Shown piece after piece: positions 28,833-39,261 of a stretch of DNA of 64,000 nucleotides. The stretch's first letter is position 1. Every line of letters begins with the position of its first letter. Under the pieces are notes generated by a model. That model worked only from the letters and a program-made list of their open reading frames with translations, had not been told where the DNA came from and made no database searches. Made by a program: the position numbers and the translations under genes. Source of the stretch: an uncultured Pseudomonadales bacterium. Lineage in GTDB: Bacteria; Patescibacteriota; Microgenomatia; UBA1400; PJMF01. The stretch spans positions 193,841 through 257,840 of the forward strand of contig CAZWKL010000001.1 of NCBI GenBank assembly GCA_964633875.1, written 5' to 3'.

Positions 28833-29848
28833 AAAATAAAGCTGCAATTATAATCGTAAATTGGAACGGCTTAAAGTTTTTGGATGATTGTTTAACTGCT
28901 GTATTTGATCAAATATATAAAAACTTTGATGTCTATTTTGTAGACAATGGATCTAAAGATAGTTCAGTAAAATTTGTAGAATCTAAGTTTCCTAAGGTTG
29001 AGATTATTAAACTAGACAAGAATTATGGATTTGCTGAAGCAAATAATATTGGTATTAGACAAGCATTGTATGATAAAGATATCAAGTACCTTGTTTTTTT
29101 AAATAATGATACAAAGGTTGAGCCAGGTTGGTTGGCATCACTTGTAAATACTGCTGAAATGTCAAAAAATATAGGAATGGTTTCAAGTAAAGCATTATTT
29201 CCTAACGGAACAATACAAAATGCGGGGCTTAGTTTTGAAAAGGGGCTTGTCTCAGGAAAAAATGGTGGTTTGTCCTTAGGATACGGACTTCCAAAAAACC
29301 ATCCTTCCTTTGCAAGTGATATTGAAATCTTTGCACCAGGTGGAGTAGCATGTTTGTACAAACGGGAGGTAATAGAGGAGGTGGGCTTATTTGATGAAGA
29401 CTTTTTTGCCTATGCAGAAGATTATGATCTAGGATTCAGGGCACGATTGATGGGTTGGAAATCTTATTTGTCTGCAAAAGCACAACTAGTTCATTATCAT
29501 TCTCAAACTGGTGGTGATAACTCTTTATTCAAACTTTTTCATACAACAAGAAACATAATCTTTGTAGCTTATAAGAATTTACCAATAAAATTTTTTCTAG
29601 ATTTTTTTCTAAATTATCTAAAAAAAAGATATCTAGGAATTAAATTCAATCATACTAAAACTATAAAGACTCTAAAAAATAATAACAATTTCAGCTATTT
29701 TAGATTCGTGAGTAAATTAATTATTTCAATGGTCTACTACCTTCCAAAAATGACTTTGAAAAGAAATAAAATTCAAAGAGGAAGAAGAATTAAAAAAAAT
29801 AACATACTCGAGTGGTATAGTAGATTTTCAAGAAATAATTATGAATGA
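28829..29848 (+). CDS. Glycosyltransferase family 2 (WbbL-like)
   Basis: AAIIIVNWNGLKFL...YFVDNGSKD...NNDT...YAEDYDLGFR. Confidence 0.8.
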   Translation: MKNKAAIIIVNWNGLKFLDDCLTAVFDQIYKNFDVYFVDNGSKDSSVKFVESKFPKVEIIKLDKNYGFAEANNIGIRQALYDKDIKYLVFLNNDTKVEPGWLASLVNTAEMSKNIGMVSSKALFPNGTIQNAGLSFEKGLVSGKNGGLSLGYGLPKNHPSFASDIEIFAPGGVACLYKREVIEEVGLFDEDFFAYAEDYDLGFRARLMGWKSYLSAKAQLVHYHSQTGGDNSLFKLFHTTRNIIFVAYKNLPIKFFLDFFLNYLKKRYLGIKFNHTKTIKTLKNNNNFSYFRFVSKLIISMVYYLPKMTLKRNKIQRGRRIKKNNILEWYSRFSRNNYE

Positions 29849-29863
29849 AAATTTGACGAATAA

Positions 29864-30970
29864 TTAATTTAAATAAATTTGAGACAAATTCTTTAAGTAT
29901 AGCTCTTTATTATATTTTAAAATACTATTTCTCGCATTATTAGTTATTTCATTGTACACCCGATTATTTGATAACAAATATATGATTTTATTTGCTAAAT
30001 CTAGTGAATCATTATTGTTGAAATACAGTCCATTTTCACCATGTATTATAACTTCATCTAATCCAATACCATTGGAGGAAACAACAGGTAATTCCATTGC
30101 CAAGGCTTCTAATTGTGACATCGGGTGTCCTTCCCAATGGCTTGGTATTATGAATAAATCCAATATTGAATAAAAGTTAATCATATTTTTTTGATATCCA
30201 AGGAAGGTAACATATTCAGTCAGAGAGTTTGTTCGTATATATTGAAGCAACTCATTCTCATCTTGCCCAGTTCCGGCAATAATAAATCTAATATTACTTC
30301 GACTTATTTTAGTTTTGACAATTTTTGCAGCTTCAAGAAAAACTTTCCAGCCCTTTCTTTGTATAATTCGTCCAGCATAACCAATGATGAAATCATTTTT
30401 ATTTAAATTGTAAGATTTTTTTAATTTATCTTTGTCAAGTCTTAGCTGTTTTCTATCAAATTTATTCAAATCTACAAAATTGTGTAAAACGGTAATTTTT
30501 GATTTCATCAAGCCAGCATTAAAAATGAGCCTTTCCTCTAAAGCATTTGATACTGCTATATACCTGTATACAAATTGTTTTGATAATCTAATTAGAAAAT
30601 TGTAATATATACTCTCTTTTAAAATTGCACCGTGCTCATGGTAAATTAATGTAATTTTTGGAATAAAGAATAATTTAATAATAATCCCAATGAATAATGA
30701 TCTTAATAGATGACAATGTAAAATGTCAATTTTTTTATTTCTAATTATACTTACTAATCTAAATATTGGGATAATCGAAAATTTTGATTGTGAGTTATAT
30801 CGAAAAAAATTTTTGCTATCAATTTTATAATCATTATTTGTACTCCTTAATGAATACCCAAAATGGATAAACTTTTGATTCTTATCTTCACAAATTGTTT
30901 TTACAATTGTTTGTGCTCCACCAAGACCAATATGATCAATTATATGTAAAATTGTATAATTTTGTTTCAT
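29864..30970 (-). CDS. Glycosyltransferase family 4
   Basis: ILHIIDHIGLGGAQT N-terminus and C-terminal PSHWEGHPMSQLEALAMELPVV. Confidence 0.8.
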   Translation of the reverse strand: MKQNYTILHIIDHIGLGGAQTIVKTICEDKNQKFIHFGYSLRSTNNDYKIDSKNFFRYNSQSKFSIIPIFRLVSIIRNKKIDILHCHLLRSLFIGIIIKLFFIPKITLIYHEHGAILKESIYYNFLIRLSKQFVYRYIAVSNALEERLIFNAGLMKSKITVLHNFVDLNKFDRKQLRLDKDKLKKSYNLNKNDFIIGYAGRIIQRKGWKVFLEAAKIVKTKISRSNIRFIIAGTGQDENELLQYIRTNSLTEYVTFLGYQKNMINFYSILDLFIIPSHWEGHPMSQLEALAMELPVVSSNGIGLDEVIIHGENGLYFNNNDSLDLANKIIYLLSNNRVYNEITNNARNSILKYNKELYLKNLSQIYLN

Positions 30971-31623
30971 ATATCTAAGTTCAATCTCGCTATTACATTA
31001 AAGTTTGTTTTTAGAGGAACTGGCAAAATATCAGGATTGAAAACTTTCAATGCAGATACACCAAATACTCCGAATTGACTCCGAAGCTTGTCTACAAAAT
31101 ACTTGTTGACTAATGGAACTGAATGAAATTCAGTAGTAAAACTGTTATTTATGAGTTTATTTTTTAAACCCCAATAGGTATATACACTTGGGTGATATTT
31201 TTTATATTTAGTAAAACTTTTTTCCTTAATTATTTCAAATGGAACATTGGTAAGTTTATTTGGGGTACTAAAAATATACTGTCCATCTTCTTTTAAGACT
31301 CTTTTCACCTCTTTTAAATGCTGGTTGGTGTTAGGTATATGCTCCAACACATCGAAACTCATCACAATATCGAAACTATTATTCTTGAAAGGCAACTTTT
31401 TATCATTCAATTTTAATAATTTTATTCCAAATTCATCTTGCGAAAATTGTATGTAATTATCATTTACTTCTGTACCTGTAATATCATAGCCTTCATTTCT
31501 TAAAGTTTTGACCATATAACCTGTGCCAGAGCCAACTTCAAGGATTTTAGCCTTTTTGTTGAGCACTCCTGTTTTTTCCGAAAAAAACAAATTAGATTTA
31601 AAATTACCGCGGTTAATTTTCAT
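30967..31623 (-). CDS. Class I SAM-dependent methyltransferase
   Basis: KILEVGSGTGYM (motif I), DIVMSFDVLEHIPN (motif II region). Confidence 0.8.
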   Translation of the reverse strand: MKINRGNFKSNLFFSEKTGVLNKKAKILEVGSGTGYMVKTLRNEGYDITGTEVNDNYIQFSQDEFGIKLLKLNDKKLPFKNNSFDIVMSFDVLEHIPNTNQHLKEVKRVLKEDGQYIFSTPNKLTNVPFEIIKEKSFTKYKKYHPSVYTYWGLKNKLINNSFTTEFHSVPLVNKYFVDKLRSQFGVFGVSALKVFNPDILPVPLKTNFNVIARLNLDI

Positions 31624-32749
31624 AATATTTAATATAATGCGTTGAAATATTTCCCCATTTCATGTTTTCTGAGATTTGTTTGCTTTGCTTACCCATATCG
31701 CTTCTGTGTTGTGGATTATCAATGATTTTTGTTAGTGCAGCTGCAATTGCTTTACTGTTTCGTTTTTCGACCGCTATTCCATTCCCATCCAAAATCTCCT
31801 CAGTCCCACCAACATCAGTCAAAATAAGCGGTAACCCACAAGCTGCAGCCTCCAACACAGCATTACTCATCCCCTCAGCCAAAGAGGGTAGACACATAAC
31901 ATGACACTTAGGCAATGCTGTAGCAAGCTCATCGTGACTTAGTCTACCAGTAAACTCTACTGCATCTGTGATGCCTAGGGCGTTCACTTGCTGCTCTAGC
32001 TTTACTTTTAACTCACCCTCACCGATAAGCAGTAGCTTGCTTTTTGGGTGCTCTTCATGAAACGATGCAAACCCCTCAACCAGGTGCTCAAGTCCTTTTT
32101 TGGGACCCATTACCGTGCCACCAGCAGTAACGGTAAAGACCTTAAACTTGTCCTTTTCCGGCACTGGCTTGAATTTTTCGGTATCAACACCGTTAGAAAT
32201 AATCTCAATTTTCCGATCCAGCGTTTGTTTGGCCAAATCAGCCAGCCACTGGCTGTTGGCAACCACCGCCTTGGCGTATTTCCAAGATAATTTAGCCAGG
32301 GGTTTATACAAGTAATAATACCAACCATACTTCTGATTATATCCAGGCACATCAACACCTCTGAGCGAAATAATGTAAGGCGCTTTGTGTTTGAAAAGCA
32401 ACCCAGGAAGAGCGCTGGGGTAGCCAAAATAATGAGCCAGCTTATAATTATTTTTCCTCAACAGCGAAAAAATCTTTAAGGTTGAGAAAAAAGTAAACCT
32501 CAACATTTCCCAGGGTGTTTGCTTTTGATACTTTTCGGGCGGCTTTTTGCCAATGGGAACTCTATAAAGGGTGATATTTTTGCTAAATTTTTCCGTTGTC
32601 CAGGCATTATTGATTGAGCTGGTAATCACATCAATGGCCAAGTTTTCCTCTTTGGCAAACTCTCTTAGTAAATGGCTGGCAGCCGTAGCCACTCCGCCAC
32701 CAAGGGGAGGGAGTTCGTAGACAACGAAAAGAATGCGAGTGGCGCTCAT
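31613..32749 (-). CDS. Glycosyltransferase family 4
   Basis: ILFVVYELPPLGGGVATA N-terminus and C-terminal PSLAEGMSNAVLEAAACGLPLI. Confidence 0.85.
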   Translation of the reverse strand: MSATRILFVVYELPPLGGGVATAASHLLREFAKEENLAIDVITSSINNAWTTEKFSKNITLYRVPIGKKPPEKYQKQTPWEMLRFTFFSTLKIFSLLRKNNYKLAHYFGYPSALPGLLFKHKAPYIISLRGVDVPGYNQKYGWYYYLYKPLAKLSWKYAKAVVANSQWLADLAKQTLDRKIEIISNGVDTEKFKPVPEKDKFKVFTVTAGGTVMGPKKGLEHLVEGFASFHEEHPKSKLLLIGEGELKVKLEQQVNALGITDAVEFTGRLSHDELATALPKCHVMCLPSLAEGMSNAVLEAAACGLPLILTDVGGTEEILDGNGIAVEKRNSKAIAAALTKIIDNPQHRSDMGKQSKQISENMKWGNISTHYIKYYEN

Positions 32750-32791
32750 GCCAAATAGTATATCGCAGAATTAGCCAATACACAGCGAGAG

Positions 32792-34720
32792 TTGTATACT
32801 AAAAAGATGCGCTCTGTCTTGCTGATATTTTTATTTGGTGTAACTATAAAGTTTCTCCTCCTGCCTTTTGCCATGCATTCTGATTTACTCTCGATGTATT
32901 TTAGAGCTCATTTGATATCCGAGTATGGCCTCTGGGGATTACCCACCAATCAATACTTGGCCCACTTAATTTATGCAATCAATCTGAAAGTTATGTCACT
33001 TGTTGGCTTTGATGTTCAGAGCCTGTTTTCTTTACCATTTGGTTTGCGGGAAGGCTCACTAACTTCTTCGGTGGGGGATTGGTTGCGGTTTGCTGAAAAC
33101 CCCAATATCAATGCTGCTTTGTTTTGGTTTAAATTACCACATCTTTTTGCCGACACCATCATCTTTGCTTTACTGCTCAAGTATTTTCGTAACCACAAAC
33201 ACAGGCTCCTTATTTTAACTTCCTGGTGGCTCAATCCGGTCAATATTTATGCCTTTTATATTTTCTCTAGGCATGATGTTTTTACTTTATTGGCGCTTCT
33301 ATTAGCTATTCTTTTTACCACCAAAAACAAAATTGCGCCCGCAGCTCTCAGTCTTTTTGCCGCTATTCAAATAAGGGTGCAGCCTTTGTTGTTAGCGCCG
33401 GTGTTCTTGGTTAGTTGGTGGAAGAGCAACAGTTTTAAGAGCCTGATCAAGCCCGCTCTGATCTTTATGGCTGTCACTGCCGTCTATTTGTTAGCCATCA
33501 AATCCTTGCCTTTTGATTCCGAACTATACCTTAGTCTTGCTGGTTCAGCACCTCAAGCTTCAAATCAAGACAACGGACCAAGTGCCATTGGTATTCCCAG
33601 CAGGCACGCCGCGCAGGTATCGGGCACAACCATTTTGGGTATGCCTGTTTTTCTGGTTCTTTATGCTATTGTTGGATCAATTTATTTTTTTAGACATCAA
33701 AAGCCCAGTGCTGAAATGGCAAACCTGTGGCAGCTCAATCGAGTTTTACTAGTAGTGATGGCCATATATTTTGCTGTCAATCCCTTTTCTCCTCATTATT
33801 TTGTCTGGTTAAGCATTTTTATCACCCTGGCAATTGTTTTTCAGCCAAAGATTTTGCCTTGGTATGGATTGGGGGTGCTGGGTTGGGCAATAATGGGCAT
33901 TTTTGGCCATGATGTTACCTGGTTTAGCCAGAACCTTTTGGTGCCGATTTCTACTGATCTATTTAGAACTCCGCAACTGCCACTCATTCTTCAAACCAGA
34001 TTAAGCACGCTTGGATTTTTGCCGGAAATTGCTTATACCTTTGGCAGAATAACTCTGGCCACAGGTATGCTTGGAATTATCTGGACTTCAACTAGTAAAG
34101 AGTTGCTAAAAATAATGAAGCTTGTTTTGATACTGCCGCTCGCTTTCTTTTTATTATTGCCTGGTAACGTCCAAGCAGCGCCCGCTGCAATGCTAGAACA
34201 ACCAAACTACGATCAGCGCCTTGACATTACTTCAACTCCAATAGGGCAAACTTTTGTATCTCCAGTTGACAGCTTTGGTAGCATTGAAGTGCGTCTGGGT
34301 ACGGACAGGGTAGAGGGCGGCGAAGAATTCATTTTCCGACTGAAAGAAGCTAATAGTGAAGAATGGCTCTATGAGAATTTTTACAACCGACAAGATCTTT
34401 ACAATGGCTATTTTTATCCCTTTGGTTTTCCTGAAGTTCAAGAGGCTGAAAGCAAAGAGTATTATTTTGAGATTGCTAGACCGAATTATGCCGGTTTGCC
34501 ACTGCACGCATATCGTGATAGCTCCACCGAAAACTTGTCTTTTACCGTCATTGCCGATCAACCGATCAATATTTTAACCGAGAATATCAAGTCTGATTTG
34601 GTTGAGAAAATCGACCACCAAAAAGAGTTTTTTATTCTATATTTTCTTCTTCTGGCTCTAGTTGTTCTGTTAAATCTGGTTGTTCTGGGTCTGGCGGCAT
34701 TTGAAAGTAGGAAATCATGA
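32792..34720 (+). CDS. Large polytopic membrane protein with C-terminal extracytoplasmic domain (putative GT-C/DUF2029-like glycosyltransferase)
   Basis: About 13 TM helices, then a soluble segment of about 170 aa and a terminal TM. WFKLPHLFADTII..LNPVNIY resembles mannosyltransferase-type GT-C proteins, but the assignment is tentative. Confidence 0.5.
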   Translation: MYTKKMRSVLLIFLFGVTIKFLLLPFAMHSDLLSMYFRAHLISEYGLWGLPTNQYLAHLIYAINLKVMSLVGFDVQSLFSLPFGLREGSLTSSVGDWLRFAENPNINAALFWFKLPHLFADTIIFALLLKYFRNHKHRLLILTSWWLNPVNIYAFYIFSRHDVFTLLALLLAILFTTKNKIAPAALSLFAAIQIRVQPLLLAPVFLVSWWKSNSFKSLIKPALIFMAVTAVYLLAIKSLPFDSELYLSLAGSAPQASNQDNGPSAIGIPSRHAAQVSGTTILGMPVFLVLYAIVGSIYFFRHQKPSAEMANLWQLNRVLLVVMAIYFAVNPFSPHYFVWLSIFITLAIVFQPKILPWYGLGVLGWAIMGIFGHDVTWFSQNLLVPISTDLFRTPQLPLILQTRLSTLGFLPEIAYTFGRITLATGMLGIIWTSTSKELLKIMKLVLILPLAFFLLLPGNVQAAPAAMLEQPNYDQRLDITSTPIGQTFVSPVDSFGSIEVRLGTDRVEGGEEFIFRLKEANSEEWLYENFYNRQDLYNGYFYPFGFPEVQEAESKEYYFEIARPNYAGLPLHAYRDSSTENLSFTVIADQPINILTENIKSDLVEKIDHQKEFFILYFLLLALVVLLNLVVLGLAAFESRKS

Positions 34721-36641
34721 AACTTTCAATATCTGCCAGACATACAGATGTATCTGGACAAAAATAAACTTCAACTCTAGTATTATCAATCCCACGGCCG
34801 TGAATTTTTTCAAATCGCGCATTAATAAATGCTCTAATAATATCTTGCAAATGATAGCTTTTTCCGGATTCCCAAGATGCCCAAATCCTATTTGAACTAC
34901 CAGCGTCTGTTAAGAACTTTTGAAATTCATAAGTCTTGTTCCTTTCCATAGATATAATTTTGGGATCTTCTATACCCGACAGATAATAATTTCTGCCATA
35001 CTGCATCAGCAGCGCATCTGTTTCCGGATTATAATTATCAATAATTACTTGATATGCCACCGAGTGCTTGGCCTCCCCTTGGTCGTGATAACGAGCCTGC
35101 GAATTTAGAGCAAATTGCAAACCGACAACGACAATAACCAAAGCCAGCAACAAGGCTTGTGATAGTTTGGTCAAATGACGAGTCAAAACCCAAACTACAA
35201 TCAAGGCGCCAATAATCGCGAATAGAGTCAGGTGAGAGGTGTAAACAAAAGAGGCATACCTGTCTGCCATTTTAATAAAGAAAAATGTTCCAAAGCTCAA
35301 AAGCACTGGCAGGAATAGAATCCGTTTCATTGGCAATTGTTTAAAACTTTTGCCATATAAAACCAGGGAAACACCAGCCAACAGTCCCAAGGCCAACAAT
35401 AAATCTTTACTCAACGGATAACCGTAGATATGATTGAAATAGACCGTGTTGTTGCGGCCAAACCAACTAATCATCCCTGAAAACTTAAATAAGCCGGTGG
35501 CAATATAGGCCAGTCCTCCTAGAGCGCCAATAATTCCAACCAAACTAGGAATAGCATAGCGCTTGCTTCTAAAAAATAAAGCCAGCAGAATTACATAAAG
35601 CAAAAATGCTGGTAACAAGACTAGGCTATTAACATGAATGTGGTAGTTAAAATACAGCAGCACTAGGCTAATGACGGCTAAAGGGTAGTGATAGGGGAGA
35701 ACTTTTTCTAATTTTTTCAATTTTTCGGGAACGCGCTTTTCATGCAAGGCTCGCATCAGCCCATAAACCAAGAGGCCAAAAAGAGGCAATAACAAGACGT
35801 ACATCCTGATGTAGCGTGAAAGACTAATATAACTGGGAGCAAAAGTTGCAATTAGCGCCACTAGAATTCCAATCAGTACTGATCGAGAAAAATAATTGCC
35901 CAATAAATAAGCCACCGCGATAAGCAATACTCCAAAAATAACGGATGGAATCCTGGAACTCCACTCAGAAATACCGAAAATTTTGTAGGTTTGAGTAATT
36001 AGCCAAGTATGCGGCCATGCTCTCGAGTACATACAGCTACCATTACTGGTATCTAAGCAGGCTGGTTCGTTGTTAATCCAATTCCAGCGATGGTAATCTC
36101 CCGTATATAAAAGACCCGTCGCGGCGCTCACAACCTGAAATTCATCGCCTCTGAATTCTGACGCGCCCAAATTGTATGCCCTGACGCCCAATCCAATGAT
36201 CATTAAAGCAGCCACCACTAATATCGCGGTTTTATGACTGATTTTTGCTTCAATTTCGTCAATCACTGATTTGGTAGGCTTGGAGTAGATCACCAGCAGT
36301 AGCCCAGACAACAGCAAAGCAATCACTGGATAATCAACAAATCTCAATAGACTGGCAACCAACGGCATGCCAAAAATCAAATCAGAGCTAAACAAAATAT
36401 GCCTCAACAACAAATATCCGGTGCTGATTAAAAATACAACCTCAATTGCTGGTCGAAATTTATTAAATTGTGAGTGAGTTGCTTTCGCGAAAAGGTCTCT
36501 TCTGCTCCAAAACCAATAGATGGCAACTATCCACAAGAGCGGTAACATAATGTGATCGTAAGGAATAACAATTCCTACAGTGTATCTGGATAAAATTAGT
36601 AAAATGCTCAAAAATGCCGAAAAATCCAAATATTTTGTCAT
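34632..36641 (-). CDS. ArnT/PMT_2 (GT39/GT83)-like polyprenyl-phosphate-sugar-dependent membrane glycosyltransferase
   Basis: First extracytoplasmic loop RAYNLGASEFRGDEFQVVSAATGLL (R..L...DE.....A motif of PMT_2). About 13 TM helices and an acidic C-terminal tail. Confidence 0.65.
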   Translation of the reverse strand: MTKYLDFSAFLSILLILSRYTVGIVIPYDHIMLPLLWIVAIYWFWSRRDLFAKATHSQFNKFRPAIEVVFLISTGYLLLRHILFSSDLIFGMPLVASLLRFVDYPVIALLLSGLLLVIYSKPTKSVIDEIEAKISHKTAILVVAALMIIGLGVRAYNLGASEFRGDEFQVVSAATGLLYTGDYHRWNWINNEPACLDTSNGSCMYSRAWPHTWLITQTYKIFGISEWSSRIPSVIFGVLLIAVAYLLGNYFSRSVLIGILVALIATFAPSYISLSRYIRMYVLLLPLFGLLVYGLMRALHEKRVPEKLKKLEKVLPYHYPLAVISLVLLYFNYHIHVNSLVLLPAFLLYVILLALFFRSKRYAIPSLVGIIGALGGLAYIATGLFKFSGMISWFGRNNTVYFNHIYGYPLSKDLLLALGLLAGVSLVLYGKSFKQLPMKRILFLPVLLSFGTFFFIKMADRYASFVYTSHLTLFAIIGALIVVWVLTRHLTKLSQALLLALVIVVVGLQFALNSQARYHDQGEAKHSVAYQVIIDNYNPETDALLMQYGRNYYLSGIEDPKIISMERNKTYEFQKFLTDAGSSNRIWASWESGKSYHLQDIIRAFINARFEKIHGRGIDNTRVEVYFCPDTSVCLADIESFMISYFQMPPDPEQPDLTEQLEPEEENIE

Positions 36642-37228
36642 CGTAAAACCTCCGCGGGATCCTTGATTGAGAAATTACCAGCGCTAGTGCAATTGCCTCG
36701 AGCGTTACAGATTAATAAATCGTCTGTAAAATACTCTCCATAAACCGGTTGCTCTGCCACAACTCTTTTATTACCCCATGAAATTATCAAAAATTCTAAC
36801 TCTCCAACCCTTACTTTACTAGCCTCATCCGACTTGTCGCCAAAATTTTTTCCTTCTATCGCAATTCGATCCCCCTGAATACTCCAGTTTTTTGATACAG
36901 ATCTAATTTTGGGGATTCGTTCTAGGTTGTCATAAAACAAGGAGTATTGCTTGTAAGTGCCGAGAGTAAAGAGGAACAAAAGAAGACAAGCAACGAGCAC
37001 TTTGGAGCCAAGTTCTATTTTTTTACGCTCCAATTTGTTTAGAGTCAATAGCCCACCCGCAATCAGTAATAATAACCCTAAGAATCTCCACAATTGTGGA
37101 ATCGAGTCTCTCAGATATCGATGCGCTGTCACTCCGTACTCGACTGCTATAAAAATTAGCACCCAAAAACTAATGACGAGCATGGCAACGCTCAGCTGAT
37201 TTTTTACTTGCATAAGACTAAGAAACAT
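36638..37228 (-). CDS. Hypothetical membrane protein (3 TM, C-terminal extracytoplasmic domain)
   Basis: Its start overlaps the stop of the upstream GT-C gene by 4 bp. No recognised family. Confidence 0.45.
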   Translation of the reverse strand: MFLSLMQVKNQLSVAMLVISFWVLIFIAVEYGVTAHRYLRDSIPQLWRFLGLLLLIAGGLLTLNKLERKKIELGSKVLVACLLLFLFTLGTYKQYSLFYDNLERIPKIRSVSKNWSIQGDRIAIEGKNFGDKSDEASKVRVGELEFLIISWGNKRVVAEQPVYGEYFTDDLLICNARGNCTSAGNFSIKDPAEVLR

Positions 37229-37311
37229 TTTTTTCTTTATATTCTTTGTTGCTCACAATTCTAGTAGTTGTAATCTTAAAAATCTCCCGGGAATTAGTTG
37301 CTGCTTCAAGA

Positions 37312-37896
37312 CTACGGAGCCCCAGGAGCTAGGGTTGGTGTGGGTTGAGGTGAGATGTTAGGTAAAGCATAAAGCGGCTCACGATGTTCCGGCAATACTT
37401 CAAAAGGATAAACGTCAGGAATAAGCAACTCAATGTCGTATTGCAAAGTTCCTCTCATATTGTTTCTCATTTCGATTAACTTCGCCCCCACAAAAGGATC
37501 TCTTCCGGGACCATAGAACTTTTGAGCTAATTCAAAAAGAGTATCTCCCTTTTCGACAGGATATTTTGCACCCACAGGCCAAGTAGCTGGGTCTGATTTA
37601 ACTATTTCTATAATCAATTTTTCACTCATACTACCATGACCCGTCAATTCACCGAGACCCACTCCTGCTGTGTTCATTTCTTGACCAATCGTTGATTGAA
37701 ATTTAGATTCGTTAGAAGGTTTTAAAATTGGACCGCACCCCGTCATAGCAAGTAAAAATAGTAGTTCGAGGGATTGAGTTATTCGTCTCTGTTTTGGCCG
37801 TTCTCTTTCCTCAACTCCTTGAGTTTTACCAGCTCTATTCAATAACTCTCTGAGTTTATTAACATTTGGATTTTTAGTAAGTGCTTCTTCATTCAT
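37312..37896 (-). CDS. LysM-domain lipoprotein (peptidoglycan-binding), proline-rich C-terminus
   Basis: Lipobox-like LLFLLAMTGC. LysM core VEKGDTLFELAQKFYG. The N-terminal charged extension suggests the true start may be further downstream. Confidence 0.55.
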   Translation of the reverse strand: MNEEALTKNPNVNKLRELLNRAGKTQGVEERERPKQRRITQSLELLFLLAMTGCGPILKPSNESKFQSTIGQEMNTAGVGLGELTGHGSMSEKLIIEIVKSDPATWPVGAKYPVEKGDTLFELAQKFYGPGRDPFVGAKLIEMRNNMRGTLQYDIELLIPDVYPFEVLPEHREPLYALPNISPQPTPTLAPGAP

Positions 37897-37977
37897 AACC
37901 GTAATTATACACTTCCATCCTACTCAAAAAAACAAGCAATTGTTGTTGCCTCTCGGGATTTCCCGTACAATGCAATT

Positions 37978-39261
37978 GTGCCACCGCAACTGCAAACCAT
38001 CATCGCTTCCAAGGGCCTGCGTGACTCCCTCACCATGATTTTTGGTAATGCTGGCGCCGTCACTATGTCTGCCTTGGCAATTATCCTTATTTCCCGCTTG
38101 TTGGGGCCGGCCAGTTTTGGCGAGTTTAGTGTTGGTTTCGCGTTGGTGCTCCTGCTTTCGCGTGTCAATGATCTTGGGCTCACCAACGCCGTTCAACAGT
38201 ACATTCCCCGGGCCAAAAACAACGAGGAAAAGGCCAGAATTTTCTCTTACACCATCAAAATCAAGCTCATCACCAGTTTGGTTTTGTTTGTGATTGGCCT
38301 GCTGATCACTCCTTTTTTGGCCGAATGGCTGAACTTTTCACGCCCGAGCATCTTGTATGGCGCTTTTGCCGCCAACATCGCCACCGTGCTTTATGAACAC
38401 CTGGCCGCCATGTTGCAATCACTGCATAATATTAAAGGAACTGTCACCATTAACGCCCTTCAGGCAGGAACTAAGCTCATCGGCGCTTTGGTCTTTTTCC
38501 TTATTAGCTATACCAATCCGGTTCCGGTCTATTACTGGTATATGGCTGGCCCCATCGTGCCGGTCATTCTGGCTAGCCTGTTCTTGCCCAAATGGTTCAC
38601 CCTCAAACTCAAAGACGATTATAAAGCCGAGAGCAAATTATTGAAGGCCATGGCCAGTCATGCCGCGATTGGTTTTATTGCCGCCGGTATCATTGAAAAT
38701 GTTGATATTTTGTTTGTGCAAGGCTATCTCAATACTTACGAAACCGGCCTTTACAGTGGCGCTTCCCGCATTGCTATGATGTTGAGCTTGGCCGCTTACT
38801 CGCTGGCCAGCGTTCTCAACCCCAGAGTAGCTCGCTATACCGAAGCAGAGCACCTCAAGCGGTATCTCAAAAAAGCCATGTTGTTAATCGTTTTTTCTCT
38901 CCTGGGTTTTGTGCTTTCTATACCCTTGATCGAACCGCTAATTTTGTTCACCATTGGTCCCGAATACCTGGCCGCCGGCAATATTCTCATGATTTTGCTG
39001 GCCGCTTCTTTCCTCACTTTTGCTTCGGTGCCTTTGATCGCCCTCTTTTTTAGCTTCAAAAAAGCAGAGTGGTACTTTTCAGCCAGTGGCTTGATTCAAC
39101 TAGCCATTATTTTGAGCGGCAGCATTTTGTTGGTGCCTACCCACGGCCTGGCTGCCGCTGCCTGGACTCGCTTGGCTTCTAAAGTCGCCCTTTTTACTTT
39201 CACCGCTCTGATGGCGGCTTACTTTTACCGGCGGAAAAAACTCCAAACTGGCCAGTCTTAG
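37978..39261 (+). CDS. Second Wzx-type oligosaccharide flippase (MOP superfamily)
   Basis: 12 TM polysaccharide-biosynthesis-protein architecture. The start may be the internal MIFGNAGAV. Confidence 0.75.
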   Translation: MPPQLQTIIASKGLRDSLTMIFGNAGAVTMSALAIILISRLLGPASFGEFSVGFALVLLLSRVNDLGLTNAVQQYIPRAKNNEEKARIFSYTIKIKLITSLVLFVIGLLITPFLAEWLNFSRPSILYGAFAANIATVLYEHLAAMLQSLHNIKGTVTINALQAGTKLIGALVFFLISYTNPVPVYYWYMAGPIVPVILASLFLPKWFTLKLKDDYKAESKLLKAMASHAAIGFIAAGIIENVDILFVQGYLNTYETGLYSGASRIAMMLSLAAYSLASVLNPRVARYTEAEHLKRYLKKAMLLIVFSLLGFVLSIPLIEPLILFTIGPEYLAAGNILMILLAASFLTFASVPLIALFFSFKKAEWYFSASGLIQLAIILSGSILLVPTHGLAAAAWTRLASKVALFTFTALMAAYFYRRKKLQTGQS

